This document shows positions 30,340 through 40,343 of a DNA stretch of 64,000 bases, in pieces; within the stretch, counting starts at the first letter, position 1; each line of letters opens with the position of its first letter. A program made the translations under genes and the position numbers. The stretch is from Minisyncoccota bacterium (GTDB lineage Bacteria > Patescibacteriota > Minisyncoccia > JAHIHE01 > JAGLIN01). The notes beneath the pieces are model-generated. The model was not told the origin of the DNA, searched no databases, and was given only the letters and a program-made list of their open reading frames with translations. Where the stretch lies: assembly GCA_028690055.1 (NCBI GenBank), contig JAQVBZ010000005.1, forward strand, positions 379 through 64,378. Reading direction: 5' to 3'.

Positions 30340-31410
30340 TTAATCACCGTTCGCCTCCAACCTTTCCAAAATCTTATCTTTGTCCACTCCATCCGCCAAT
30401 TTCGGCTGAGCGTAGTCAAAAATCTTTACCGGCACGAATCGGATGTCCGATATTTTATTATTCTCAAAAGTAATTTCTGCAATAGCTCCCAGCCGCGTCT
30501 CCTCTGACCACATCTGATCAAAAACAAAATTACCGAGACTGTATATTATATAGCCGTCATTATATTTCTCAAAAGTCTCCACCACGTGCGGATGATGTCC
30601 GATAACCAGCTCCGCCCCGGCATCCACCGCAGCGCGCGCGAAATTCTTCTGCACTGTATTCGGGCTCGTCTGATATTCCTCGCCCATATGCATCGAGATC
30701 ACCACTATATCAGCACTATTCCTGAGCTCGGACACCTGATCTTTCATCTTATCAGTATTCGCATACGCCGTGCCATAGATATTCCCGTCAATGCTATGAG
30801 ACTGCTCTCTGGCATAGGTGTAAGCCAGAAATCCGATTTTTACGCCCTCGACCTCCTTGATGACCGGCGCATATATACTCTTTTCACTGAGCCCCGCACC
30901 AATGTGTCCGATGCCTACGCCATCAAGATTTTGCAGTGTCGCTTCCAAACCGCTGTACCCGAAATTCATTGTGTGATTATTGGCAAGCGACAGAACATCG
31001 AAACCTGCCACCTCCAAGCCCTCCAACGCTTTGGGGTCGGCACGAAAGATAAAAGACATATCGAGAACTCTTGCCCCCGGCAAAATCGTCGTTTCCAAAT
31101 TACCAAAAGTGATATCCGCCCCGCTCGTAATCTCCGCCGTCTCCAAGAACGGATATTTCCAATCCTTCTTCGCAATCATTTTCCGCTCTACAGCGCGCGA
31201 AAGCATGATATCCCCCACTGCCGCCAGGACTATCCTGCTATCATCTTCACCCGCAGGAATGTTTGCACTGCCAATTGCCACCATATTCTCCCTTTGATTA
31301 TACTTACCCTTTATCGTAAAAGATTTGCCCGGAAGATAATAAAAAGCCGGAACAGTCGCCAGGACTGCCCCCACCAGAAATAGTAATGCAATTTTCGCTT
31401 TTCGATCCAT
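30340..31410 (-). CDS. CapA/PgsA-family metallophosphoesterase-like protein (poly-gamma-glutamate capsule synthesis family)
   Basis: 356 aa. N-terminal signal anchor. Motifs LAAVGDIML, ANNH, ISMHMGEEY, GHHPHVV typical of the CapA family. Confidence 0.7.
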   Translation of the reverse strand: MDRKAKIALLFLVGAVLATVPAFYYLPGKSFTIKGKYNQRENMVAIGSANIPAGEDDSRIVLAAVGDIMLSRAVERKMIAKKDWKYPFLETAEITSGADITFGNLETTILPGARVLDMSFIFRADPKALEGLEVAGFDVLSLANNHTMNFGYSGLEATLQNLDGVGIGHIGAGLSEKSIYAPVIKEVEGVKIGFLAYTYAREQSHSIDGNIYGTAYANTDKMKDQVSELRNSADIVVISMHMGEEYQTSPNTVQKNFARAAVDAGAELVIGHHPHVVETFEKYNDGYIIYSLGNFVFDQMWSEETRLGAIAEITFENNKISDIRFVPVKIFDYAQPKLADGVDKDKILERLEANGD

Positions 31411-31655
31411 AGTATTATTTGATATAATTGTATCATAACACCAATCCCTTGTTAAACAAATAAACTTTGAGTCTTAGCCCGAATTACGCCTCAGGCTGCA
31501 TTCCAAACAGTGAAAAGAAGGGAAAATACATATAACGTCCTCCAGATAAAATACTGGAGATATCGGCTAAGCGGACCAGACACCAACTACTTTAATAATA
31601 TTTACGACCGAAATCCACCTGATGTGTGTTTTAATTCGCGATACCCCCTCTTATT

Positions 31656-31774
31656 TGTCATTCCGAAATTTTGATACTCCAAAATATCCGGAATCTTCGT
31701 TATATAGAATCCAAACATTACAATAATCTTTTTGCAAAATATAACGAGGATTCTGAAACAAGTTCAGAATGACA
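31656..31774. mobile_element. MITE-like element copy 1 (8-bp terminal inverted repeats TGTCATTC...GAATGACA)
   Basis: 119 bp, non-coding. Internal blocks TTCGTTATATAG, ACGAGGAT, AAACAAGTTCAG shared with the second copy at 43354-43460. Confidence 0.4.
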
Positions 31775-31923
31775 CGTGCGTAATAAAATTGTTTTTACCC
31801 ATCTACTACACAATTCTTGCATAAACTTCTCATCTCGCCCCCCCCTATTTCCCCAAAAAAACACCGCATTAATATGCGATATTTTATTTGGCGGTGTTTT
31901 TTTTAAATGAGCTTGCGATGATG

Positions 31924-32628
31924 CTATTTTTTCTCTATATCTTCTTTTTTTAGTTTTTTCGTGCAGAAAAACCAATCATAGCAATGCATCTCTTCTTTGC
32001 TTTCCATACGTTCTTTGGCCACTCCGCAAGAACCGGCAGTCGGCACTATCACATCATCGCCCGGTACCCAATCAGCCGGCGTGGCGATGGAAAATTTATC
32101 AGCTGTCTGCATGGCAATCAAAGCACGATACAGTTCGTCAAAATTTCTTCCGAGACTGAGAGGATAATAAATGATCGCCCTTACTATTCCTTTGGGGTCG
32201 ATGAAAAATACCGCCCGCACCGCCTTGGTATTGCTTTCTCCGGGCTGGATCATCCCATATTTTTTCGCCACTTCCATAGTGATGTCTTCGATCAATGGAA
32301 ATTTGACCTCCACGTTTTTCATCCCCTTATACTCGATCTTCTCCTTGATTGTGCGAAGCCAGGCGATATGGCTATAAAGTCCGTCCACCGAAAGACCGAC
32401 CAGTTTGCAATTAGCATCATTAAATTCTTGTTCTCGAGAAGCAAAAGTCATGAATTCAGAAGTACAGACAGGAGTGAAATCAGCAGGATGGCTGAAAAGG
32501 ATCACCCAACTTCCTTTGTATTGCTTTGGAAAATCTATCTCGCCTTGAGTGGTAACGGCCTTGAAAGCGGGGGCTTCTTCCCCGATTCTCGGCATAGACA
32601 CCGTTTCGTCTTGATTTGTTGTTTCCAT
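31924..32628 (-). CDS. Peroxiredoxin (AhpC/TSA family, Prx6-like)
   Basis: 234 aa. Peroxidatic Cys in DFTPVCTSEF motif. Thioredoxin fold. Confidence 0.85.
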   Translation of the reverse strand: METTNQDETVSMPRIGEEAPAFKAVTTQGEIDFPKQYKGSWVILFSHPADFTPVCTSEFMTFASREQEFNDANCKLVGLSVDGLYSHIAWLRTIKEKIEYKGMKNVEVKFPLIEDITMEVAKKYGMIQPGESNTKAVRAVFFIDPKGIVRAIIYYPLSLGRNFDELYRALIAMQTADKFSIATPADWVPGDDVIVPTAGSCGVAKERMESKEEMHCYDWFFCTKKLKKEDIEKK

Positions 32629-32741
32629 ATTTTTAATTTAATGTATTAATAATACAGATTCCTCGTCTCTTTTCTCCACTACATAGTCAAATCATCATTT
32701 GTTTATTTTGCAATGTGCTTTCGAAAAAAAGGAATATTTTT

Positions 32742-33245
32742 TTACATCTTCCTACTATCATACGCCCAATGCAACACGGCTTGCCTTTGCCTTTTTCTGC
32801 AATCCCATTCTCCCGGAAAACAATTATTTTCTATCTGCACGATATGCCTTTTCATCGCTTTCCATCTCCTGATTTGTCTTTTGTCGTCTTCATGCCTTCT
32901 GCCCATAAAATAACGGCAATACCACTGGAACCAGCCCCTCGGATCATCGGGATGAATCCAGCCTTTTTGTCGCCACACAGAAAGAGGTTGGCTGGCATTC
33001 ACTCCGAAAAAATTCAGTTCGGGGTCATGTTTTTCAGAGCACAATTTCGCCTTTCTGAACCAACCTCGAGGAAATTCTTCTCTGCAATCAGTCATATATT
33101 TTCCGCCGAACACGCCAAGCTCCAACATCTCTTTCGGAGTCAGCTCCGGCTTGAAGTCCTGATCAAAATTTTTACCCGGCTTTTCTGAAAGCGCATATAC
33201 ATAGTTTTTCTGCATTTTGTCATTGACTGTAACTGTTTTTTTCAT
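32742..33245 (-). CDS. Hypothetical protein (Trp/Arg-rich)
   Basis: 167 aa. No recognised motif. RBS present. Confidence 0.45.
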   Translation of the reverse strand: MKKTVTVNDKMQKNYVYALSEKPGKNFDQDFKPELTPKEMLELGVFGGKYMTDCREEFPRGWFRKAKLCSEKHDPELNFFGVNASQPLSVWRQKGWIHPDDPRGWFQWYCRYFMGRRHEDDKRQIRRWKAMKRHIVQIENNCFPGEWDCRKRQRQAVLHWAYDSRKM

Positions 33246-33287
33246 ATTTATTTTGATAACGAAAAAAACATCGTGGCTTTTTCACAG

Positions 33288-34049
33288 TTAGTCATCCTTT
33301 TTCTTGATGCTTATAAACCCCACCACCCCAGCAAATACCATCAAACACAAAACGACAGTCCATATGATATTCGGATACTGACCGGCAAAGCCGCTCTGTG
33401 AAAGGTGTTTGGCAAGGATGGCTCCATAAGCCCAAATGAACACGAGCCCATAAGGAACAAGGCGGTCACGCAACATACGCAACGAGCCGATGAGCGCTCC
33501 GACCAAAAGCACCACGACCGTCCAAAAATTATCAGAGATACCGAACCCGTTCCAGCCGAGAGAGACCAGAAAAACAGTAATATTAGCAATCGAGGCAACA
33601 GTAATCCAGCCGAAATATATGCTGAAGGGTAAACATACCAGAAAGCGCTCATTTTTGGTAAGCTCGCCAACACGCACGATATCGGCAATCCGGATAAGCG
33701 TAAGCAATAGTCCGATCATTATGATCACCGAGAGCCAGATATAATCATAGTGCCAAGCAACTATCCACGAGGCATTCAAAAGAGCGTTCACGATAAAGAT
33801 GCGATTTACTCGCTCCACCAATTCATCTTTATCGCGCCGCAACTGATAAATGACATACACCCCGAGAAGCGCATAAATGAGTCCCCAGATGGAAAAAGCA
33901 TAACCGGCTGGAGCAAACAGGTTCGCATAATTGTCCGATATAGCCCCAGTATCTCTCCCGCCAAGCGGAAGCGCCACTGCCAAATAATTGACCGCAATCA
34001 TTACGACATACGCCAATAGCGTTGCTATCTTTATGATTTTTGTGTTCAT
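33288..34049 (-). CDS. Hypothetical polytopic membrane protein (Trp-rich)
   Basis: 253 aa, about 7 hydrophobic segments. A TspO-like call was considered but is unsupported. Confidence 0.5.
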   Translation of the reverse strand: MNTKIIKIATLLAYVVMIAVNYLAVALPLGGRDTGAISDNYANLFAPAGYAFSIWGLIYALLGVYVIYQLRRDKDELVERVNRIFIVNALLNASWIVAWHYDYIWLSVIIMIGLLLTLIRIADIVRVGELTKNERFLVCLPFSIYFGWITVASIANITVFLVSLGWNGFGISDNFWTVVVLLVGALIGSLRMLRDRLVPYGLVFIWAYGAILAKHLSQSGFAGQYPNIIWTVVLCLMVFAGVVGFISIKKKDD

Positions 34050-34239
34050 AATTTTATTTCGCTTAATGATTAAGAATATCTAAACTCCCTGTTTCCTTTC
34101 CTATTGCATCTCATAAAAAAAGAAACAAAAATTTAAGCGGAGCTATTTTTAAAGAACCGTAATCAGATATCGTGCCGCTATTATCATATTTAAGAAATTC
34201 ATAATACCTTCATATCAGATATCCTTTGCCGGTAGTTGC

Positions 34240-36366
34240 CTACTTGCAAAAATTTATAAATTCATCTTTAGTAAGAGTTTTTTCACAACCTGCGACATAC
34301 TGAAAAATCCGCCAGCTATCATCGCGCAAAATCGGCAAGTAGAATATCTGCTCGGTGAGTTTAGACGCTTGCTTATACGCTTTTTTCAATTCTTCCAATT
34401 TCGTTTTATAGATATTGTTATCAAAACCACCAACCATACTGGACGAGATATTGACACTTTTCACTTCAAAAATATGCACCCGATCAAAACTATCTTTCAT
34501 CACAAAATCAGGATAGGAAGAATGCAGTGTTCCAAGATAATACTCAAACTTTATCGGCGAGTTAGCAACATAATTTTTACCCCACAGATATACTTGTTTT
34601 GTTTCTAAAAGTTCTGGCTCTTTTTCACCAAACAAATCAACCGCTCCAGCTTTCGGGTTCTTCTTGCCAACCTCTACTCTTTTACCAACTCGCCCATCGC
34701 CAACTACCACATCATCTTTTGCCAGGTCTTTTAATATCTCCGTCCATTCTCGCTCCGCCTCGCTATCAAAAGAAAATTTATCTTTTCCGTCGTTTCGTTT
34801 CCACACCCAATCGCCGATATTCATATAATTTCCATTGTCTGTATAGTGCGAAGTCGACGCGAAAGATACTTCTAAATCTTGCCCTTTTTCGTCTTTCACT
34901 ACTTCCATGCTTTTTTCATAATCATTCACATATTGACCGCTTTCATTTGCCACCGCCTCAATATTCTCGACAAACTCCCTCCATTTTGTGTAATTTATAG
35001 CATATTTTTCACCCATCTCTCTTACGCTGTTTTCGGCTTTCACAAAGTCTCGCCACAAAGTAAAAATAGAACTCGGAGCAGATACGACAGACTGTTTTTT
35101 CAAGAACGTCGCCAGACTAAAACTAGCTTTTTTAGTCAAAGGTTTTAGCCGTGTTGTTTTAATCTTGATCTCATCGGTGATGATTTCGCTGTCTTGCCAC
35201 AATTTCACGCCAAAACTCTTTCGCAAATCTTCGGGAACAATACCCCAAATCCATGCAGTCATGGCTAACTTTTGTGCGTCTTCTGATAATGATTCAAAAT
35301 CAAGTAGTCGCGGGTTGCGCCTTACTCGACCCATAACTTGCTCATCCAGCTGCTTACTCTTGCTATCCCGCATTTGGAAAAGCATACAAGCGCGAGGAAT
35401 ATCCCACCCTTCGGTGATTACCATTTTGAAAATAATAATATCAATCGTGCTGGAATTTTCTTTGGCATAATCTTTCCACTTGCTCACGGGCAGCTTTTTA
35501 GCCTTAAAAGTGTCGTTCGTATCGCACTGTTTCTCGTCGTTGACAATCAGCATCCATTTCAAATCCGTGTGTTCGGCTTTTGCCAGCTCTTTTTTTATCT
35601 CGGCAATTTCCTCGTCCGCCTTGTCTTTGTTGCTAATCTGGATAATGAGGCATGGGTTTAGGCCAAGCAGGTTGCGATATTCCGTTTTCACTTCTTCAAA
35701 CTTTTCAATCGCGCCAGCCACCTTTATATCTTGATCATCAATGAGTTCAATATCTTTTATCAATTTTGCATTCACTGCGTCATCGTTTTTAATCTCTACA
35801 TCGGGGTGTTGCCCACGCGAGAGTTTTGGTGTGGCGGAAAAATTGTATGTTTTGGTAAAAAACTTTTCTGATAAATTGTCCAGATTGTTGGTGGCAATAT
35901 GGCATTCATCTTTAATGAGGTAAACTTTTTTATCTAACCCGCCGGTGATTTTTCCACCAGTCATATTGTGCAAAAAGCCTTCCATCGCCCCTTGCATGAG
36001 TCGTCCGCCTTTTTTATACAAATCTCTGGGCAAAAGATAGACATTGTAATCAGTCGGCACGAACAACCGTTCTTCGCCCGCAATCTGGCTACTGATTAGA
36101 TACGGCTTTAATTCCAGGAAATTGCCTTTTGCCGAGTACTCTTGAAACTTCTCATAATTTTGTGTGGCTAAATCACCTTTTGAAAGCGTGGACACTAGAA
36201 AAATAACATTTTTGTCCACTGACAAAATGCGATTCATCATCTCCGCCATCATATAGGTTTTACCGCTTCCGGTCGGCGCCTTGAAAGTGATCTCATCTTG
36301 TGTGACAGTGAGTTCAATCAAAGCAGATACGGCATCTTGTTGTAGGTCTATGGCTTCTTGTCTCAT
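34240..36366 (-). CDS. res: Type III restriction enzyme Res subunit (SF2 helicase + endonuclease)
   Basis: 708 aa. Walker A APTGSGKTYMM, DEAH-like IKDECHIAT, helicase motif VI VMGRVRR. Immediately downstream of mod. Confidence 0.8.
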   Translation of the reverse strand: MRQEAIDLQQDAVSALIELTVTQDEITFKAPTGSGKTYMMAEMMNRILSVDKNVIFLVSTLSKGDLATQNYEKFQEYSAKGNFLELKPYLISSQIAGEERLFVPTDYNVYLLPRDLYKKGGRLMQGAMEGFLHNMTGGKITGGLDKKVYLIKDECHIATNNLDNLSEKFFTKTYNFSATPKLSRGQHPDVEIKNDDAVNAKLIKDIELIDDQDIKVAGAIEKFEEVKTEYRNLLGLNPCLIIQISNKDKADEEIAEIKKELAKAEHTDLKWMLIVNDEKQCDTNDTFKAKKLPVSKWKDYAKENSSTIDIIIFKMVITEGWDIPRACMLFQMRDSKSKQLDEQVMGRVRRNPRLLDFESLSEDAQKLAMTAWIWGIVPEDLRKSFGVKLWQDSEIITDEIKIKTTRLKPLTKKASFSLATFLKKQSVVSAPSSIFTLWRDFVKAENSVREMGEKYAINYTKWREFVENIEAVANESGQYVNDYEKSMEVVKDEKGQDLEVSFASTSHYTDNGNYMNIGDWVWKRNDGKDKFSFDSEAEREWTEILKDLAKDDVVVGDGRVGKRVEVGKKNPKAGAVDLFGEKEPELLETKQVYLWGKNYVANSPIKFEYYLGTLHSSYPDFVMKDSFDRVHIFEVKSVNISSSMVGGFDNNIYKTKLEELKKAYKQASKLTEQIFYLPILRDDSWRIFQYVAGCEKTLTKDEFINFCK

Positions 36367-36375
36367 AGTTATTTC

Positions 36376-38028
36376 TTATTTCTTTTCAAGGGTTTTGGTG
36401 GTGCCTTCAAAATTTTCACACACCCATTTTATTTTTTCATTCACTCCAAGCTTTTCCTTGCCATACAATGTTTCGTCAATTACATCAAAAGGAGTTTTAT
36501 CTTTTGTTGCTTCAAAATTTGCAACTGTTGAAATATCATAGACATCAAGATTATCGCCGAGAGGCTTGTTTTTCTCATTCCACTTGAAGTCTTTGGTGCC
36601 GTCATAGCACTCACCGGTCATCACCCGTTTAAGTCGTTTGCTGGTTGCGTCATACGCAATACCTTTTGGTGTGGCACTTGTTTTTTCATTATTTGTTACA
36701 AGAATAAACTGGCGATTTTGATTATCTTTATTCATTTCTAAAACGGCTTGTCCAGTTGTTCCACTTCCGGCAAAAAAGTCCAGCACAACTAAATCGGCTT
36801 CAACATCTTCACTGCTTTCACACAGTTTAATTAATTGTTTGATTAATTCTTTAGGTTTAGGGTAGTCAAAAATGCCTTTTCCCATAATAGCAGACAAGTC
36901 TTTGTTGGCGTTGTCGTTTGAAAATTCGTTATCAACGAGCCTTAATGTTGATACAGGAGCAGTTCTAGCAGATTCAATGACTTGATATTTGCCGCCAATC
37001 TTTACGATTTTCGCATTTTGATAAGTCTTTGTATAAATTCGGTCGCCCTTGACTTCGATAAAGCCTTGTTCTTTACCAAACTCATACAAGTCCTTACTCC
37101 ATCTCCATCCCCAGTCCGCACGCCCGTGCAAACCACTCTGTCTCTTTTCGTAAGCCTTTTTATCGCCACCAGCGTAAAAAACTCGTCCGTCAATTGAAAT
37201 AGGATAGTCAAGTGTTTTAACCCAACCTAAACTATCATAATCTAATGTCTGATTTAGTTTGTATCTTCCACGGGTTGCCACATATTCATCTTCATTTGAG
37301 TAACCTTCATCATCGTGCAGTTGAGCAAAAAGCCCTTTCTTTGCCGTGCAAGTATAAGACAAAACATAATCGTGATTGAGCGCAATGGCAGTTGAAGATT
37401 TACCGCCTTTTTTGGTAACACGAGGGAACGAACAAGCAAAATTACCCTCTTCAAACACTTCATCAAAAAGACCCTTCACATACGCCTGATTTTTGTCGTC
37501 AATACTACAAAATATCACGCCGTTATCACTTAAAAGCTGGCGGGCGAGGACAAGGCGTGGGTAAAGCATAGAAAGCAAATTGTCCCGAGTGATAGCGTTT
37601 TCATAATTCGTCTTGGCAAACTCGCCCATACTATCTTTGCCGTATGGTGGATCAATATAAATCACATCAATCATGCCGCGGTATTGAATCAATAGGTTTT
37701 GAAGCGCATCATAATTGTCGCCGATGATGAGCTTGTGCGTCAGGGCGTTTTTGTCTTGTACAAAACTTAATTTTTCATTTTTCTTAAAATGCTTTATTGT
37801 GTCGGTCATTTTCTCCAGTCGTTTGTCAAAATGAAAGCCGGTGCGTTTATAGGTGGTGCCGAGTTCGGCAATCATTATAGCCTCGTTAATAGTTTCGGCA
37901 TTTGTGATGAGTTTTTTCAAAAGATCGGCATTCGTCTTTTCGATAATTTTGTCGACAATACGCTTGTCAATCTCGGCGATGAGATCGTCTTTAACTTTTT
38001 TTATTTCATTTGTCATAGTCTTTTCCAT
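36376..38028 (-). CDS. mod: Type III R-M Mod subunit (beta-class N6-adenine/N4-cytosine DNA methyltransferase)
   Basis: 550 aa. Motif IV DVIYIDPPYG precedes motif I LDFFAGSGTTGQA (beta permutation). Gene order mod-res with a 9-nt gap. Confidence 0.8.
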   Translation of the reverse strand: MEKTMTNEIKKVKDDLIAEIDKRIVDKIIEKTNADLLKKLITNAETINEAIMIAELGTTYKRTGFHFDKRLEKMTDTIKHFKKNEKLSFVQDKNALTHKLIIGDNYDALQNLLIQYRGMIDVIYIDPPYGKDSMGEFAKTNYENAITRDNLLSMLYPRLVLARQLLSDNGVIFCSIDDKNQAYVKGLFDEVFEEGNFACSFPRVTKKGGKSSTAIALNHDYVLSYTCTAKKGLFAQLHDDEGYSNEDEYVATRGRYKLNQTLDYDSLGWVKTLDYPISIDGRVFYAGGDKKAYEKRQSGLHGRADWGWRWSKDLYEFGKEQGFIEVKGDRIYTKTYQNAKIVKIGGKYQVIESARTAPVSTLRLVDNEFSNDNANKDLSAIMGKGIFDYPKPKELIKQLIKLCESSEDVEADLVVLDFFAGSGTTGQAVLEMNKDNQNRQFILVTNNEKTSATPKGIAYDATSKRLKRVMTGECYDGTKDFKWNEKNKPLGDNLDVYDISTVANFEATKDKTPFDVIDETLYGKEKLGVNEKIKWVCENFEGTTKTLEKK

Positions 38029-38032
38029 AGTA

Positions 38033-38248
38033 TTATTTCATTAATTCATCAAGCGAAACACCGAGAGCGTCCGCAATTTTTTTCGCTGTGTCGATTCTCG
38101 GATCAGAAGTCGAGCCGGATTCGATTTTTGAGATCGTATGAAAAGCCAAATCGCTTTTTTTAGACAAAGTATCTTGCGACAATCCGGCTTTGAGCCGTAG
38201 CTTCTTGATATTTTCACCGATTTTTGATTTTTCCATTATTATAGACAT
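38033..38248 (-). CDS. XRE-family HTH transcriptional regulator (C-protein-like controller of the R-M operon)
   Basis: 71 aa. LRLKAGLSQDTLSKKSDLAFHTISKIESG helix-turn-helix. 4 nt upstream of mod. Confidence 0.65.
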   Translation of the reverse strand: MSIIMEKSKIGENIKKLRLKAGLSQDTLSKKSDLAFHTISKIESGSTSDPRIDTAKKIADALGVSLDELMK

Positions 38249-38380
38249 ATATAAAACCTTACATCTATAACTTTACCAAGACTGGGCTATTTTGTAAACA
38301 AAAACAGAGCTTGAAATCGGCTCTGTTTTTAAATATTTTTCCCGGCTGCAGTAGGTCTTTAAAAACTCTATGCCCCCAGT

Positions 38381-39799
38381 CTAAAGATGATCAACCACGG
38401 AGAGTAAATATTCCCTTTCTCTCCATTCTGTAGTGGCAACTTGTCCGGTGTCATAAAAAGAATATACTGCTGAGTAAAGATATGCATTATCAGTAATCAA
38501 GTCGTAATAGACCCAGGCCGTCTTCCCTTTTTTGGTGGTGACCACATCCGGATCGCCGAACTTATCCGATATATGCTCTTGATAAATGGAATAATGCGGA
38601 CCTGTGGAATAGAGATATTCGTCCCAACTCTTAAACTCGCTAAGGCTTATTTGCCCTTTTTTCTGAGTTGTCGGTTCTTCGGTTACTGTTTCCGTTGTGG
38701 CTTCGATTGCCGTTTCCGTTGTTGCTTCTGCCTCCGCAGGCTCTTCTGCTGTTTTCTCTGCTTGCGAAGAGCTGGTAATCCCTAAGATGTTTTCTACATC
38801 CTCGGTTGTAACGGTGCTGTCGGTGACACCCTGTTCTTTCATCCATCCGTCCACTTCTTCTTTTTCTAGAATTGAAACTTCAGTGGCAGGTTCCGGTTTT
38901 TCTTTCGTGGGAGTGGGAAGTTTGATACCGATCACTGACCCGGATTGGATAGTTCCATTGAGCTGATCGGCTCCGAAGATTACCGCGTTTAGTTTATCGA
39001 CTCCTTTGACCATATTGGTAGGCAAGGTTGATACCATCAGGATAGCTGCTGCCGGCTCTGTTACCTTTCGGACATCTCCCACGACAGAAGATATCTTGTT
39101 TTTATCACCTAAAGCTATCTTAGCGGCATCATCGGTAATTTCCAAAGTTAAGTCAGCGCCACTTACAACTACGGCTGTCTGAGCAAGCGCTCCGGATGAG
39201 GCAAGGGCTGCCGTTCCGCCTGTAGCTACGATTGTCCCGACAAAGACTGTGACCTTACTGGTATTCTTGACGATTGTCGCTCTGGTCTCGCAAGCTTGGA
39301 ATACATCTCCTTCTTCTCCATAGGCTTCTCTGCTCATTTCATCTTGAGATTGATTGAGAACTAGCTGAGCCATTTTGGCATCGACTCCCAGTAAATTCGC
39401 GAGTGTCATGATTTTTTTACCCGTTGGAGCTTTATCGACAACCCTTGTAATCTCTTCTTTGGTGTAAGCCTGAGCTGTTTTGACAGAACCGAGACTGACC
39501 TTTCCTTGTGTCGTTCCTCCCGCTAATTGTTCCAATTCAGCAGCGTTCTTTTCCAATTCGCTCCATCCTTCGATGATAGCCGACATTTCAGTATCCCAAC
39601 TGTCATAATCCCCATATTCTTTAGCATTAACCAAAACATTGTCAGTCCTGTAGCGAAGAGCGCCATACTGCTTGGACATGCTCAAAGTCTTTTCCAAAAG
39701 GACTTGTTCTTGATCCGTTTCTTGAGGTTGCCTGAGGAGTAAAAACGCCCCTAGTGTCAAAGCGAGAACCCCGACTGAGATAATGAGGATTTTTTTCAT
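38381..39799 (-). CDS. Hypothetical secreted protein
   Basis: 472 aa. Signal peptide MKKILIISVGVLALTLGAFLLL. Thr/Glu-rich C-terminal low-complexity segment. Confidence 0.5.
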   Translation of the reverse strand: MKKILIISVGVLALTLGAFLLLRQPQETDQEQVLLEKTLSMSKQYGALRYRTDNVLVNAKEYGDYDSWDTEMSAIIEGWSELEKNAAELEQLAGGTTQGKVSLGSVKTAQAYTKEEITRVVDKAPTGKKIMTLANLLGVDAKMAQLVLNQSQDEMSREAYGEEGDVFQACETRATIVKNTSKVTVFVGTIVATGGTAALASSGALAQTAVVVSGADLTLEITDDAAKIALGDKNKISSVVGDVRKVTEPAAAILMVSTLPTNMVKGVDKLNAVIFGADQLNGTIQSGSVIGIKLPTPTKEKPEPATEVSILEKEEVDGWMKEQGVTDSTVTTEDVENILGITSSSQAEKTAEEPAEAEATTETAIEATTETVTEEPTTQKKGQISLSEFKSWDEYLYSTGPHYSIYQEHISDKFGDPDVVTTKKGKTAWVYYDLITDNAYLYSAVYSFYDTGQVATTEWREREYLLSVVDHL

Positions 39800-39809
39800 G
39801 ATTTAGTTA

Positions 39810-39834
39810 GAATGATTATTGTAATCATTCTAGC
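39810..39834. promoter_or_regulatory. Perfect 11-bp-arm palindrome TAGAATGATTA-ttg-TAATCATTCTA upstream of the secreted-protein gene
   Basis: Read directly. Lies 11-35 nt upstream of the ATG at 39799 and could be an operator or a 5'-UTR hairpin. Confidence 0.3.
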
Positions 39835-40235
39835 ATTATTAGATTGATAGAGAAAGGGTGGTATGATTTTACTATCAGAAGCCCGAGAATCTGCCGATAT
39901 GGCGGAATTAAAGAATAATTAACTTTTTAACATATTTATGATATTGTTTTAGTGGGTGAAACAAATGGAAAGTGTCCATATAAAAATACAAGAACAAGTA
40001 ACAAAAATATTAGCTTGCAGTGTATCGCTATTCCTTATAGTTTTCTTTGTCTCAGAATTCCTGAGGATAGGAATGCCGGAAAGAGAAGTCCTATTTTGCT
40101 CATTAATATCTTCTTTCCTGTTTATACGTCATTCGGATAGAAAAAAAGCTAATAAAAACGATTAGGTAATTAACAAAAGTTTTTTGCCTGCCTTTTTCCA
40201 AGCCCACAAATCATTTGCGGATTTAGAAATAAAAA

Positions 40236-40266
40236 TAACGGATTTAAGTCCGTTATTTTTTTGTTG
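40236..40266. terminator. Rho-independent terminator (ATAACGGA-tttaag-TCCGTTAT + T7), bidirectional
   Basis: 8-bp stem with U-runs on both strands. Downstream of the dsbD-like gene stop at 40344. Confidence 0.5.
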
Positions 40267-40343
40267 GATTTGATTTATTGCGATGCGACAATGACTACTT
40301 TTCTTCCCCCGCGAAATATCAAGAAGATGGAGTATAGAATGCT

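Noticed and set aside
30147-30419. 90-aa minus-strand ORF
   Set aside because: It overlaps the 3' end of the CapA-like gene by about 80 nt in another frame. It has no RBS.
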